Assembly (NCBI GenBank): GCA_964624055.1
Contig: CAZUXZ010000133.1
Coordinates: forward strand, 18,722-82,721
From: an uncultured Rhizobiaceae bacterium
Lineage (GTDB): Bacteria > Pseudomonadota > Alphaproteobacteria > UBA828
DNA length: 64,000 nucleotides
Direction: 5' to 3'
Part shown: positions 63,160 to 64,000 of the stretch, one piece after another
How positions within the stretch are numbered: position 1 is the stretch's first letter
Layout: every line of letters starts with the position of its first letter
Program-made: the position numbers and the translations under genes
Notes under the pieces: generated by a model
Database searches by the model: none
Told to the model about the DNA's origin: nothing
The model's input: only the letters and a program-made list of their open reading frames with translations

Positions 63160-64000
63160 GAGGCGGAGGGCGGCCCCTCTTCTCTGCAGCGCCGGCCAAG
63201 CTCAATCTCTACCTCCACATCACCGGACGGCGCGAGGACGGCTATCACGAACTCGATAGCCTGATCGCTTTTGCCGAGCCGTGTGACTGGGTTGCCGTCG
63301 AACCGGCGGCCGATTTTTTACTCGCTCCCACCGGCCCTTTTGCGGGCGCACTAGACACGCCGCACGACGATAATCTCGTCGTGCGGGCAGGGCGCGGCCT
63401 GGCCGCACTGGCGGGGATTGAACCTGCCGCGCGCCTCTATCTAGAAAAGAACTTGCCGGTTGCCTCGGGTATTGGTGGGGGCTCTTCAGATGCCGCTGCG
63501 GCTCTTCGGGGGTTGATGTGTCTCTGGGACATCATGCCGGAGAGCGACGCACTGGCGGAACTAGCACTTTCCTTGGGCGCAGATGTGCCGGTATGCCTAC
63601 ATGGTGAAACCTGTTTCGTTGGCGGCATCGGCGAGCGACTCGACCCGGCACCGAAGTTACCCAATTGTGGCTTGGTGCTGGTCAATCCCGGCGTGGCTTT
63701 GGCGACACCAGAGGTGTTCCGCGCCCGAACCGGTAGCTTTACCGCGCCAGCGCGTTTCACTGAGGTGCCAGCGGATGCCACTGCGCTGGCCCGTTTTTTG
63801 GCGGCGCGGCGCAACGATCTTGAAGCCCCTGCCTTGGCGCTGGCGCCGGCGATTGGCGAGGTGTTGCATGCGTTACGCGATTTACCTGGCTGTCGCTTTG
63901 CTCGCATGTCCGGCAGCGGCGCGACTTGTTTTGCCCTGTTCGACGACAATGCCCGAGCGGTGGCGGCGGCGGGTTTATTGCGCACACACCATGGTAATTG
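63156..64000 (+). CDS. ispE: 4-diphosphocytidyl-2-C-methyl-D-erythritol kinase (3' end truncated by window edge)
   Basis: GTG at 63156 overlaps the TPR gene stop (GTGA). Translation APAKLNLYLHITGRREDGYHELDSLIAF...LPVASGIGGGSSDAAAALRGL is the IspE GHMP-kinase signature. The frame is open to position 64000. Confidence 0.8.
   Translation, partial: MRGGGRPLFSAAPAKLNLYLHITGRREDGYHELDSLIAFAEPCDWVAVEPAADFLLAPTGPFAGALDTPHDDNLVVRAGRGLAALAGIEPAARLYLEKNLPVASGIGGGSSDAAAALRGLMCLWDIMPESDALAELALSLGADVPVCLHGETCFVGGIGERLDPAPKLPNCGLVLVNPGVALATPEVFRARTGSFTAPARFTEVPADATALARFLAARRNDLEAPALALAPAIGEVLHALRDLPGCRFARMSGSGATCFALFDDNARAVAAAGLLRTHHGN

Overview
This is a high-GC (about 60%) chromosomal segment that looks like conserved alphaproteobacterial core genome. 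The evidence for that assignment is a CcrM-type N6-adenine methyltransferase beside rnhB and mutY, the ctaC-ctaD-ctaB-ctaG-ctaE cytochrome oxidase operon with SURF1, an atpI-B-E-F'-F F0 operon, and a plant-type glutamate-cysteine ligase. Read from protein motifs in the supplied ORF track, the gene content from start to end is:
- xseA (5' end cut off by the window) and an M23 peptidase.
- A lipid A/Kdo cluster: lpxL-like acyltransferase, lpxK, waaA, a DUF374 protein and an msbA-like ABC exporter.
- An IMPase/CysQ-like gene, pmbA, an NAD-dependent epimerase, ubiD, a hypothetical GGCT-like protein, ubiA, rsmE, gshA, an aminotransferase and tldD.
- coxB, coxA, ctaB, a small coxF-like ORF, ctaG, coxC, a DUF983 protein, SURF1 and an M32 carboxypeptidase.
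- thrC, an M16 peptidase, a GNAT acetyltransferase, yqgE/algH, a Prx5 peroxiredoxin, rnhA and thrB.
- A CDGSH mini-protein and a lipoprotein, then a tandem glycine riboswitch in front of gcvT-gcvH-gcvP.
- An ABM-monooxygenase pseudogene and a small low-GC ORF.
- The atpF-atpF'-atpE-atpB-atpI operon, smc, a DsbA-family protein, a DUF721 protein, mutY, ccrM, rnhB and a CPA2 antiporter.
- A PA0069-type radical SAM gene facing a GT2/DUF2064 transferase pair, then ridA, moaB, slt, a family-4 UDG, ETF-QO, a TPR protein and the start of ispE.

I found no tRNA or rRNA genes, no CRISPR array and no transposase or integrase. Several track ORFs are over-extended at the 5' end, and I give corrected starts for those. 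The points I think are worth a second look are:
- The tandem glycine riboswitch.
- A decaying ABM gene in a low-GC patch.
- The radical SAM gene facing the rSAM-associated-type transferase pair.
- A GGCT-fold hypothetical inserted between ubiD and ubiA.
- Several palindromic candidate operator sites.
- A low-GC orphan ORF.

Nothing here looks like a mobile element or a classical defence island.
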